Positions 47,608-56,808 of a stretch of 64,000 nucleotides of DNA are shown piece after piece. Source of the stretch: Candidatus Thorarchaeota archaeon (GTDB taxonomy: Archaea; Asgardarchaeota; Thorarchaeia; Thorarchaeales; Thorarchaeaceae); the NCBI GenBank assembly GCA_048882045.1, contig JBHLRZ010000002.1, positions 64,001-128,000 of the forward strand, given 5' to 3'. Every line of letters begins with the position of its first letter. The first letter of the stretch is position 1. Position numbers and translations under genes: made by a program. The notes below the pieces were generated by a model, which was not told where the DNA came from, made no database searches, and was given only the letters and a program-made list of their open reading frames with translations.

Positions 47608-48503
47608 TCTGATTTGGTAAGAATGATAGGACCGTCCTCTGAGATATAGACTGTGTGTTCGGTCTGACTTACAGGGCGGTTTTTCTTCTCTATCTGAATT
47701 GGATATCCACGAATCACTTGTTCTTTAAGCAATTTTTTGATCTCTTCTACTACATCGATGTCTTTGCTTCCTGTACCAATCCAGCGTAATGCAAAGGGAT
47801 AGGGTCCATATTTCTCACGAAGATATTTTCTTAGTTTCTCAGTGGTACCTTCGAGTTGTTTGTCCAATCCAGTATTTGCAAATATGTAGACATACTCACT
47901 ATCAATCACTGTTCCTGTACCACTAGTTGCAAAGGGTTCGACTGCATAGTACTCTCCCACTTCGATGGTATCTTTGGTTTTCTTTCTAACATTCGGAACG
48001 ATTTTCCCAGCATGAAGTCGATCCCTCCTCAGTTCATGTCCAGATAGGTTTTTGATAGGTCTGAGACCGTATTCCTTAATCACCTGTTCAATTCTTTTAC
48101 CCACATCACCAAGATTGGTTTCTGGCCGCATTATTTCAATGGCTTCTGTTAGGGCGTCTTCCGTGGATGCTACAAAACCCTCAAGTGTTTCGTCAATATC
48201 AACCGTGGAGGCTGTATCTGCGATGTATCCATCTACGACAACTCCCACATCCAGCTTCACCAGTCCAAACTCCGGAATCTCACTTTTGTCACCGCGCGGA
48301 GATGTACTATGAGCAGCAATATGATTGATTGAAACATTGAGAGGAAAAGCTGGTTGTCCTCCATACTTCTTTATCTTACTCTCCGCAAGTGCACAGATCT
48401 TAATGATTCTCTTTCCAGGCTCAATTTCTTCACGTATCTCACTCAGTACTCGTGCTGCTATCTTTCCTGATTTAATGGCTGAAGGATTTGGCTGGTCAGA
48501 CAC
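47604..48503 (-). CDS. map: Methionine aminopeptidase type II, paralogue 2
   Basis: AFPLN, AAH, D/D/H/E/E metal ligands (KLDVG, ADTA, SGHE, VEPF, TEHT). Confidence 0.93.
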   Translation of the reverse strand: MSDQPNPSAIKSGKIAARVLSEIREEIEPGKRIIKICALAESKIKKYGGQPAFPLNVSINHIAAHSTSPRGDKSEIPEFGLVKLDVGVVVDGYIADTASTVDIDETLEGFVASTEDALTEAIEIMRPETNLGDVGKRIEQVIKEYGLRPIKNLSGHELRRDRLHAGKIVPNVRKKTKDTIEVGEYYAVEPFATSGTGTVIDSEYVYIFANTGLDKQLEGTTEKLRKYLREKYGPYPFALRWIGTGSKDIDVVEEIKKLLKEQVIRGYPIQIEKKNRPVSQTEHTVYISEDGPIILTKSD

Positions 48504-48556
48504 AGTACCACCTAGTACAAAAAATGGCTAGCCACTCTTAAGCGGTTCCATGCACG

Positions 48557-49474
48557 CTAAGAGAGTTCATCGTCACGTCTGGTGGACACAATCGCTCCAT
48601 TCTCTCCAACAAATATACTATGTTCGAATTGGGATACGATACCATTCTTTCCTTCGTATAGAACAGAGTATCCATGAATTGCTCCAGCCCGCTGAAGACT
48701 TTGGATTGCAGAGTCAACATCGATTTCACCACTCTTCGAGTGAATCCATCTTGATGCCCAAGGAAGACTTCCAAACTTACTTCGTGCGATATTTCTTACA
48801 CGAAGAGTATGATCATCAAGCTTCTTGTTGTTCCTCAGGTCGTTGGAGAAGATGTATGCTCTTGGTCCACTCCTAATCGTTCCATTCCCATTTGTAGCAA
48901 AGGGTTCAATCGCAAAGGTCTCTCCAAGACGCATCTTTCCAGTCAGTTTCATTCCGATGTTTGGCACGTTCTTTCCTGCATGGAGAGTCCAGGGTTTTAG
49001 TTGGTGTCCTGTGAGCTGATGGACAGGTTTCAGACCGTATCCCTTGATTGTTCGCTCAATCTCTCTTCCCACATCTCCCAGTGAGATATCTGGAACTATC
49101 ACATCAATTGCAGCATCCAAGGCATCTCTGGCGGCCCCGATGTAGTTCTCATAAGAACCATCAAGGTCTACGGTGATTGCTGTATCTGAAATATGACCAT
49201 TCACATGAGCACCAATGTCAATCTTTACAAGACCCTTGTCAGGGAATACTTTGGAATCATTATGGGGGCTTGTGTAATGTGCCGCTTCATTATCAATAGA
49301 GATGTTTGTAGGGAACGCAATCCCTGTTGCACCAAACTCGAGTATCTTCTTTTCTGTGAGCTTGCAGATTTTCAGCACTTTTACTCCAGATTTAACCTCG
49401 TCCTCAATATAGCTCAATACTTGAGCAGCAATATTGCCTGCCCTCATGAAGTCTGGATGAGGCTTTGTTTCCAT
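48557..49474 (-). CDS. map: Methionine aminopeptidase type II, paralogue 1
   Basis: AFPTN, AAHYT, DIGAHVNG, SDTA, TGHQ, IEPF, FEHS. Confidence 0.95.
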   Translation of the reverse strand: METKPHPDFMRAGNIAAQVLSYIEDEVKSGVKVLKICKLTEKKILEFGATGIAFPTNISIDNEAAHYTSPHNDSKVFPDKGLVKIDIGAHVNGHISDTAITVDLDGSYENYIGAARDALDAAIDVIVPDISLGDVGREIERTIKGYGLKPVHQLTGHQLKPWTLHAGKNVPNIGMKLTGKMRLGETFAIEPFATNGNGTIRSGPRAYIFSNDLRNNKKLDDHTLRVRNIARSKFGSLPWASRWIHSKSGEIDVDSAIQSLQRAGAIHGYSVLYEGKNGIVSQFEHSIFVGENGAIVSTRRDDELS

Positions 49475-49590
49475 GAATTGTCACTATCTAACTCGGTTCC
49501 TCTATGATGTATTAACTTTCAGATTGAGCATGATTTGAGGAAAAAAGATAGAAGTTGAAAAGACAGACAGAAAACCGGAGATACTGAATC

Positions 49591-50262
49591 ATGAAGGTCA
49601 CTTACTTAGGACATGCATCTTTCAAGATTGAAGAGGATGGAATAATCGTCTACGTGGACCCCTGGCTTCAGGGTCCTACTTCACCAATCACAATAGACGA
49701 TGTTGACAAAGCCGACATTGTATTGGTCACTCACGATCACGCTGACCATGGGTTTGTGGAAGGACGGGATATATGCAAGAAAACTGGAGCTATCTTCGTA
49801 GCCATGAATGAACTTGCAATCAAGGCCGGAGATCAAGGTGTAAAGAACATCCACACACTCAACATTGGTGGAAGTGTAGATATTGGAGGAGTGGTTGTGA
49901 CCCTCGTCCAAGCATTTCACTCATCGGGAGTAGGAGCACCCACAGGATTCATTGTGCGGTTTCCAAGTGGTTCATTCTATCATCCAGGAGATACTGGAGT
50001 CTTTGCCTCTATGAGTTTGTTCGCAGAATTATACTCTCCCCTCGACTTGTTTTTTGCTCCCATAGGATCATTTTACACCATGGATGCACATCAAGCAGCA
50101 CTTGCAGTAAAGTTGCTAAAACCTAGCAACGTCATCCCCATGCATTACAATACATTTCCTGTAATAGAAACGAATCCAGAGAAGTTCAAGGCCCTTGTAT
50201 CAGAAACAAGTCCACAAACAAACGTGATGATCATCAAACCTGGAGAATCAACAGAGATCTAG
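49591..50262 (+). CDS. UPF0173 metallo-beta-lactamase-fold hydrolase
   Basis: LGHAS, VDPW, THDHADH, HPGDT, PMHYNTF. Confidence 0.93.
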   Translation: MKVTYLGHASFKIEEDGIIVYVDPWLQGPTSPITIDDVDKADIVLVTHDHADHGFVEGRDICKKTGAIFVAMNELAIKAGDQGVKNIHTLNIGGSVDIGGVVVTLVQAFHSSGVGAPTGFIVRFPSGSFYHPGDTGVFASMSLFAELYSPLDLFFAPIGSFYTMDAHQAALAVKLLKPSNVIPMHYNTFPVIETNPEKFKALVSETSPQTNVMIIKPGESTEI

Positions 50263-50264
50263 AA

Positions 50265-50556
50265 GAAATGGTGGTTGGTGCCTGTCACCCTGCACACTAA
50301 CTCCCAGCATCACAGCATCAGAGATTACCTCTGGCTCCACTGAGCTGTCTCGTGTCGGGATTTCTGGCACCAACCGGCCCGCCAATGTACGAAACCGGGG
50401 TGACCCGCTCTTCATCTAAAGGACAAACATCCCTATCAAGCGAGTCCGTTATGGCTCATCCTATTGGTGTTTGGCAGGCAAACATTCAGGATGTGACCCG
50501 CCCTATGCGCAACACATCATTGGAAAGACCTCAGTGCGCCCTCGTGAACGGGACAA
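50265..50556 (-). ncRNA. Candidate ~290-nt structured RNA of unknown class (kink-turn hairpins plus ACCA-ended 3' domain)
   Basis: Five adjacent stems with G-U pairs on the minus strand only; CTGA/ATGATG motif; 10-bp terminal stem plus ACCA then TTTCTTCT. Confidence 0.6.
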
Positions 50557-50599
50557 ATTGTTCCTGAACAAGAGAATCTGAATTTCTATTGTTATTAGG

Positions 50600-51030
50600 A
50601 TTACCACTTGGCGCGAATCCGCATCTTTCAAGTGGTTCTTTAGTACATCAGAGGACAGACTATATGGTGATAGCGACATCTTCAAATACACTCGGGAAAC
50701 AGCCCCAATGTACAGCATGGAGGGTATAACCCATTCATGCTCTGCAAATCATCATATAATCACATCACAGCGCCACGTGGACCCCGGCTATGGACCAAAA
50801 GAATAGTCGGTGAAACACTGCGCAAAGTCTTAGGACGATTATCATTCACAGGATCATCATCACGATTATCATAGCATATGTTCGGGCATGGGTTAGAGTA
50901 GTATCAAATGAGGATTTATTCCAATCACAGTCAAGAGGCATAGGCCAGTCCGTGACAAGACGCAGAAGGACATCACCTCGGTCTATACACGAGGGTACGT
51001 GGTAGCATGAAATAGGAGACGTGTATAGAA
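50600..51030 (+). promoter_or_regulatory. Long structured leader of dnaG
   Basis: Several hairpins with G-U pairs on the plus strand; 50982-50991 is complementary to 51020-51029. Confidence 0.5.
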
Positions 51031-52308
51031 ATAGGAACAGACTTCGACCAGAGTACAGCCAAATACGTCATTCGTGCGAGAATAGAAATAGATGGCGTGG
51101 TTGACAAGCCTGATGTAGTAGGCGCAGTATTTGGTCAGACTGAAGGTTTACTCGGTGAAGACCTAGATTTACGAGAACTTCAGCGGACCGGTCGTATAGG
51201 AAGAATTCAGATTGCCATCAGATCAGCAAAGGGCAAGAGCACTGGTGAGATTGTGATACCCGTTTCACTCAACAAGACAGCCACTGCAATACTAGCCGCG
51301 GCACTCGAAACTGTTGACAGAGTTGGTCCTTGCACAGCGAAAGTAATTCTCGAAAAACTTGAGGACATTCGTGGTGCAAAGAGAAGGAAAGTCGTTAGCC
51401 GAGCAATTAGCATATTGAAAGGATGGGAAGAAGACATTTCCCCAGGTGCTGACGAGATAAAGACTGCTGTAACAAAAGGAAGCAAGGTTCCTGTGTCCAA
51501 GTTCGGACCAGACAACCTGCCTGCTGGCCCTGACCTTGAAAAGAGTAAGGAAATCATCATTGTCGAAGGTAGAGCTGACATCATCAACCTAATGAAGTGT
51601 GGAATCACAAACACGGTTGCTGTTGAGGGAACCCACATTCCAAAGAGCGTTGCAGACCTCACAAAGAAGAGAGGCAAGACGGTGACAGCCTTTCTCGATG
51701 GCGATAGAGGTGGCGACCTGATACTAAGGGAACTCATGCAAGTAGCGAAAGTTGATTATATCGCTAGAGCCCCTGAAGGAAAAGAAGTTGAGGACCTCAC
51801 AAGGCGAGAGGTCATAAAAGCACTTCAGACTCATATTCCCGCTGATCAAGCACTTGCACTAGTCAAGGAAAGAAAGACGACCCCTGCAAAACAAAAGAAA
51901 CCTGCAAAGAAACCTACTCGCACCACTCGGACTCAAAGAGAACCGAGAAGAAGGGACGAAAGGCCTGAACGCCGAGCACCTTCCAGCAGAAGACCTGCAC
52001 GCAGTGAACCAATACATGTTGACGAAGCCTACAGTGCAAAAATTGGAGACATCAAAGAGGCATTCAAAGCCATTCTGTTTGATGAGAACAAAAAAGTTCT
52101 TGTGGAATGTGGAGTCGCTGAACTTGCAAAGACCCTCGAAGCGCAAGAAACAGTTCCGGCAATAGTCTTTGATGGAGTTATAACACAACGTCTTGTAGAC
52201 ATTGCTAGTAAGAAAAACACCGAGTTCTTGATTGGAGCTGCTGTGGCTGACATCGAAAACAAACCCGCCAGCATGAAGATTGTAACATTTGACGATATAG
52301 GTCAATAA
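51025..52308 (+). CDS. dnaG: Archaeal DnaG (TOPRIM; exosome-associated RNA-binding subunit), probable ATA start (51025 or 51031)
   Basis: TAKYVIRARIEIDGVVDKPDVVGAVFGQTEGLLG, VEGRAD, DGDRGG; conserved N-terminus extends upstream of GTG 51097. Confidence 0.95.
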   Translation: MEIGTDFDQSTAKYVIRARIEIDGVVDKPDVVGAVFGQTEGLLGEDLDLRELQRTGRIGRIQIAIRSAKGKSTGEIVIPVSLNKTATAILAAALETVDRVGPCTAKVILEKLEDIRGAKRRKVVSRAISILKGWEEDISPGADEIKTAVTKGSKVPVSKFGPDNLPAGPDLEKSKEIIIVEGRADIINLMKCGITNTVAVEGTHIPKSVADLTKKRGKTVTAFLDGDRGGDLILRELMQVAKVDYIARAPEGKEVEDLTRREVIKALQTHIPADQALALVKERKTTPAKQKKPAKKPTRTTRTQREPRRRDERPERRAPSSRRPARSEPIHVDEAYSAKIGDIKEAFKAILFDENKKVLVECGVAELAKTLEAQETVPAIVFDGVITQRLVDIASKKNTEFLIGAAVADIENKPASMKIVTFDDIGQ

Positions 52309-52416
52309 TGAGGCTCAATGAGCCTCATTCCTCTCTTTTTGGCTTACAAGTAATACTCACAATTATCTCATCGCTCATAGATGTTCATCTACAGAGTAGA
52401 TTAGAGGATCTCCACA

Positions 52417-53856
52417 GTGACTTCGCTTCTGGATGGACTAGAAACAACCGCACAGGTAGAAACCCCCTCAGATCCTTTCCAGAGAATTATCGGACAGGAG
52501 CATGCAGTTTCAATTGTTCGTTCTGCAGTAAAACAGCACAGGCATGTATTACTCTGTGGGGTACCAGGAATTGGTAAATCCATGCTTGCCAAGGCTGCAT
52601 ATACGCTCCTTGAAGAACCGAAAGAGGAGATTCGTCTGCGATACAATCCGTCGCAACCAGACCGACCCGATGTAGTTGTCAGACGCCCTTCTCAGTTGGA
52701 TGCAACAACAGAACAATCCGGTGTCGTCAATGTACTTGACACAATTTACGCCACACCAGACAGAATACCTTTTGACATATCGATAAAGATGGGATTCAGA
52801 TGCCCCGCATGCGGTAGCATCTCAACTCCCGAAGAGAGCTCATGTGCAGAGTGTGGAGTTGAGAAACGTTTTGATTGGACTCACGGTGAGTCGTATCACG
52901 GACTATTCAGAATGCTGGATGTGGTGAGAGAGCCCGCATTGAAAACAGTGACAAACTTGGAAGACATTGGTGGGCGATCTTATCAGGTCACCTATGAACA
53001 TACAAACCAGGGTGAAATCACTATTACAAGAAAGGGCTCTGGTGCCCAGATGGATCATCCATCACATGATACAAACCATGAGGAGCGTATTCTTGTTCCG
53101 CATAATTCCACTCGTTTCATTCGCGTAAGTGGAGCTAGTCCAGTCGAATTGTTAGGAGATGTTAAGCACGATCCTTACGGGAGTGCCGAATCTCTTGGTC
53201 TAGCAGCTCATCATCGAGTAGTTCCTGGAGCAATTCATGAAGCACATGAAGGAATTCTGTATATTGATGAGATTGCAGCCTTAGGAAGTTATCAAAGTCA
53301 TCTTCTTACTGCGATGCAAGATCGTGTTTTCTCCATATCAGGACACAATCCACTCAGCTCTGGAGCTGCAGTTCGAGTGGATGACGTTCCTTGCGATTTT
53401 ATCCTATTTGCATCATCTAATGTTGAGAATCTTGTGAATATTCTCGCACCATTACGATCTCGGATACGCGGATATGGGTATGAAGTTATGTTAGACTCTT
53501 GGATTCTGAAAAGTGAGAAGACTTGCAATGACATTGTGAGATTTGTTTCTCAAACTGTGGAAGAGGATGGTCGAATTCCTCACATGACTGCAAATTCCTT
53601 AGAAATAGTCCTCGAAATTGCAGAGAAGATGGCGTATCAACTCGATGAGGTGAAAGATGCTTTCACTTTACGTTTACGTGAACTGGGGGGTCTCATAAGG
53701 ATAGCTGGTGACCTCGCAGTCCATGACGAGTGTGAGTTTGTCAAGCCAGAGCATGTCAATCGAGCAACTGTTCTAACCAGAGGAATAAGTGATGAAACTC
53801 AATATTACCAAGGACAGAAGACTGAGCCATCTATTAGCAAAGACTATTTCTTCTGA
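52417..53856 (+). CDS. LonB-type AAA+ ATPase without the protease domain
   Basis: IIGQEHAV, GVPGIGKS, GAIHEAHEGILYIDEI, LRSRIRGYG, LRLRELGGL; ends before any Ser-Lys protease domain. Confidence 0.85.
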   Translation: MTSLLDGLETTAQVETPSDPFQRIIGQEHAVSIVRSAVKQHRHVLLCGVPGIGKSMLAKAAYTLLEEPKEEIRLRYNPSQPDRPDVVVRRPSQLDATTEQSGVVNVLDTIYATPDRIPFDISIKMGFRCPACGSISTPEESSCAECGVEKRFDWTHGESYHGLFRMLDVVREPALKTVTNLEDIGGRSYQVTYEHTNQGEITITRKGSGAQMDHPSHDTNHEERILVPHNSTRFIRVSGASPVELLGDVKHDPYGSAESLGLAAHHRVVPGAIHEAHEGILYIDEIAALGSYQSHLLTAMQDRVFSISGHNPLSSGAAVRVDDVPCDFILFASSNVENLVNILAPLRSRIRGYGYEVMLDSWILKSEKTCNDIVRFVSQTVEEDGRIPHMTANSLEIVLEIAEKMAYQLDEVKDAFTLRLRELGGLIRIAGDLAVHDECEFVKPEHVNRATVLTRGISDETQYYQGQKTEPSISKDYFF

Positions 53857-53886
53857 CAGACACAGCAGACCGATGATGGTGGCATC

Positions 53887-54975
53887 TTGAAAATCGTTAA
53901 ACGGGTCCTCAAAGAAGGCAAGATTGTGCTGAAGATAGAAACCTTGGATGATCTTTGGCATCTTTACAATGTAGTAGGCCCTAGTGACGTCATAATTTCA
54001 AAAACATCCCGTCGCATACGAATAGGGGATGAGGATAGCAGGAAACAGGACAGCGTAAGAAAGACCATCGTGCTGAAGTTGGAAGTCGAGGAGGTTTCGT
54101 TTCATACATTCTCAAACAGAGTGCGAATCAAGGGGACGATACTCGAGGGTCCTAGGGACCTAGTCAATTTAGGTTCGTATCACACGATAAATATCGAAAC
54201 TGGAGACACACTGACCATAATCAAGGAGCACTGGCCAGGTTTCATTCTTGACAGACTGAAAGAAGCAGAAAAAGCACAACTTCGGCCCATGTGCCTTATT
54301 GTTACTATAGAGGATGGAACAGCCGAGCTGTTCCTAGCCGCAGACTTTGGCATTCGCGAGGCTGTACGCGTCCGTACAACCATTTCCAGAAAGAGAGGGG
54401 ACCAAAAGTCATATGATGCGACAATGAAGGACTTCTTTTCAGACACCATTCTCGCCATCCGTTCACAACTTGAGCAGCACGAGTTTGGCCTGATTGTCAT
54501 TTCTGGTCCCGGATTTGTCAAGGATCACTTTCGCGATCAGCTAATCGCAGCAAAGATCAAGGGACTCCCTCCAGTAGTCGTCGAAAGTACAAATTCTATT
54601 GGTATCCCAGGTGCCAAGGAGATTCTCTTCCGCGGTGTTATCTCAAAAGCCGTGACCGAACTTAAGGTTGAAACCGAAACTCGCCTTGTGGAGAGCCTAA
54701 TTGAACACATCTCGAAAGATGATGGCCTTGGAGCATATGGTAATGATGAGGTTTCTAAAGCTGTCCAATATGGAGCAGTCGAAGATCTTCTAATTACTGA
54801 CAAGAAACTCAGAGAGGGAGATGACAAGACACGTAGATGGATGGACGGATTGATTAGAGCTACTGAGGAGAGCAGGGGAAATTTTCACATCGTGTCCACA
54901 GAACATCCTGCTGGTGATCAGCTACAACGTCTTGGAGGAATGGGAGCAATCCTTCGGTTCAAGATAACCCAGTAG
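53887..54975 (+). CDS. pelA: Pelota ribosome-rescue factor
   Basis: ETLDDLWHL, GSYHT, GPGFVK, LGGMGAILRF. Confidence 0.97.
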   Translation: MKIVKRVLKEGKIVLKIETLDDLWHLYNVVGPSDVIISKTSRRIRIGDEDSRKQDSVRKTIVLKLEVEEVSFHTFSNRVRIKGTILEGPRDLVNLGSYHTINIETGDTLTIIKEHWPGFILDRLKEAEKAQLRPMCLIVTIEDGTAELFLAADFGIREAVRVRTTISRKRGDQKSYDATMKDFFSDTILAIRSQLEQHEFGLIVISGPGFVKDHFRDQLIAAKIKGLPPVVVESTNSIGIPGAKEILFRGVISKAVTELKVETETRLVESLIEHISKDDGLGAYGNDEVSKAVQYGAVEDLLITDKKLREGDDKTRRWMDGLIRATEESRGNFHIVSTEHPAGDQLQRLGGMGAILRFKITQ

Positions 54976-56121
54976 TCATAATGGGTCAAACATTGTTTGA
55001 AGGCGATCCCAAGTTGGATACTCAAATGCGATGCCAATCTCAATGTCTCCAATATCAGTTATCATATCTTTGAGAGAGTCAGCAATCTCCTCTAGTACCC
55101 ATGGTGCAATCTCAATCCGATGTCGCTTTTCATCCAGATTAAGCAGGCTTCCAGGAACACCGAACTGATTCAATAATAGTTGATGAATTGATTCCAGATC
55201 CGATATTGACAGTTCACTTCCATGAGGAGCTCTTACAACACCCAGTATAACCAGTGGGTCAGATTCATCACGCTCTTCAAACTCACGTATAGTCTTCTCA
55301 AGCCTCCGTTCGAGTCTGTTTCTCATCTGCACAGAGTCTTTGAACCGAGCAGAGCAGAAATGTACCGAGAGGTCTTGGAGGTTCTCCTTGGCCCACTCCA
55401 AGATACTCAAAGCAGTTGACGCACTACCCTCTATGCTTGCACTCTCCATACTCGTCAGTTTCATTCCAAGAGAAACCAGTCTTTCAAAATTGGTTTCACT
55501 GGCCTCTAGTTCATTGATGTTCAGAAAGGAAACTCCAATTTCCTCGGCACGTTTGGCTACTTTGATGAGATTTTCTTCCTTGCCTGGTATAGCTGGAACT
55601 TCAATACCGACTAGAAATCCTCTCTCTATTGCACGTTCAATTCCTGACCAATCATCTGTCTGTGGATGGAATCGAATCTCATCAAGTCCGGCGTTCATTA
55701 GTTGTTCAAGATCAACATCACTGACATCAGTGAGACTTGTGTAGAGGTGTATGTGAAACTCAGGACCAAACTTATTCTTCAGCAACTGAATATACTCCAG
55801 AGTGCGGTCCATTTTACAGAGTGGATCACCTCCACTGATCCCTGCACCCCTGCTCATGATTGCTCTTGCCTCAAAGAGGATGTCGTTTCTGTCAGAAATT
55901 GGCACCTCATCAGCAAATACTACATCCTGTCCAGTCTTACTCTGCGAAAGGGGACAATAGTAACACGAACTTTCACAAAGACCAGTTACAAAAAGTACCA
56001 TCTTCGCACCCTCAGCGCACAACCGACAGCCTGGTGGCACCTCACCAACAACGCGTGAGCCACCTTGAAGTTGGTCAATCTTCCGACTCAAGCTGTCATC
56101 TCCTTCTCTTGCGACGTTCAA
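54976..56121 (-). CDS. Radical SAM protein (COG2108-like)
   Basis: GCRLC..GAKMVLFVTGLCESSCYYCP, ISGGDP, DEIRFHP, NINELE. Confidence 0.9.
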   Translation of the reverse strand: MNVAREGDDSLSRKIDQLQGGSRVVGEVPPGCRLCAEGAKMVLFVTGLCESSCYYCPLSQSKTGQDVVFADEVPISDRNDILFEARAIMSRGAGISGGDPLCKMDRTLEYIQLLKNKFGPEFHIHLYTSLTDVSDVDLEQLMNAGLDEIRFHPQTDDWSGIERAIERGFLVGIEVPAIPGKEENLIKVAKRAEEIGVSFLNINELEASETNFERLVSLGMKLTSMESASIEGSASTALSILEWAKENLQDLSVHFCSARFKDSVQMRNRLERRLEKTIREFEERDESDPLVILGVVRAPHGSELSISDLESIHQLLLNQFGVPGSLLNLDEKRHRIEIAPWVLEEIADSLKDMITDIGDIEIGIAFEYPTWDRLQTMFDPL

Positions 56122-56803
56122 TAGTACGCCTTAGTGCTGGATCACTGTCCTGTAATTGTTTTGCTACCTCTTCAAAACTCTCATCTTCGTCGAGGTTTCT
56201 TGTGAGATAGACTCCTGTTCTCCCTACATTGTCACGTCGAGAGAGAACTCTCACACGTTCTCGTGCTATTCCAGTACTGACTTCAAGTCTCTTTGCAATC
56301 TTGACCTCATGTCCAATGACCCCTTGTTCTATGTGCCCATAATCAGTCGGTTCTATGAGAATCAGACGTTTGTCAACGCCTAGAACTCTTAGGTTGCTCT
56401 CCAAACCAGTTGCATCCATGATGCCTCCCCAGCGATAGAATTCCTCCTCTCTCGGTCTCATTTTGAACAATGGAAATGAAACTACGATATTTCTTGGAAG
56501 GTGAATGTGACCCTTGAGGACCATTGATGGTGTGGCTTGGACAAGCTCTCGTTTAACAGACTGCCCAAGAACGAGTTCCAACCTGTAGCTTGACACTTGG
56601 TGGAGAATGATGATGTCTATATCAGACGACTTGCTGATATCGCCTCTTGCCACAGAACCGTACACATAGGGGGTTACTGACATTGATTCAATTGATCGCA
56701 TCGTCTTTATTGCATTCTCTCTTAAATCACTCAGATGGTCCCAGTGATCCTGATCATAATAGACCTGTCTGAGTTCATGCAGTATTTCGGGCTTCTTAGC
56801 CAC
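56096..56803 (-). CDS. Nucleotidyltransferase (COG2413-like)
   Basis: YGSVARGD...SDID, EFYRWGG, GVDKRL, GRTGVY. Confidence 0.9.
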   Translation of the reverse strand: MAKKPEILHELRQVYYDQDHWDHLSDLRENAIKTMRSIESMSVTPYVYGSVARGDISKSSDIDIIILHQVSSYRLELVLGQSVKRELVQATPSMVLKGHIHLPRNIVVSFPLFKMRPREEEFYRWGGIMDATGLESNLRVLGVDKRLILIEPTDYGHIEQGVIGHEVKIAKRLEVSTGIARERVRVLSRRDNVGRTGVYLTRNLDEDESFEEVAKQLQDSDPALRRTIERRKRRR

Positions 56804-56808
56804 TGGGA

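Noticed and set aside
50380-50400. CGAAAC as a hammerhead ribozyme core (also at 32750)
   Set aside because: No upstream CTGANGA on the same strand, and G-U pairs favour the opposite strand
50265-50556. SRP RNA, RNase P RNA or tRNA-Sec as identity of the structured region
   Set aside because: No helix-8 CAGG..GGAA..AGCAG, no GAGGAAAGTCC/ACAGAA P4 elements, no UCA anticodon arm or TTC T-loop on either strand
50401-50556. SECIS elements or selenoproteins
   Set aside because: Motif order (CTGA before ATGA) is opposite to the eukaryote-like SECIS, and I found no ORF broken by an in-frame TGA at a Cys position
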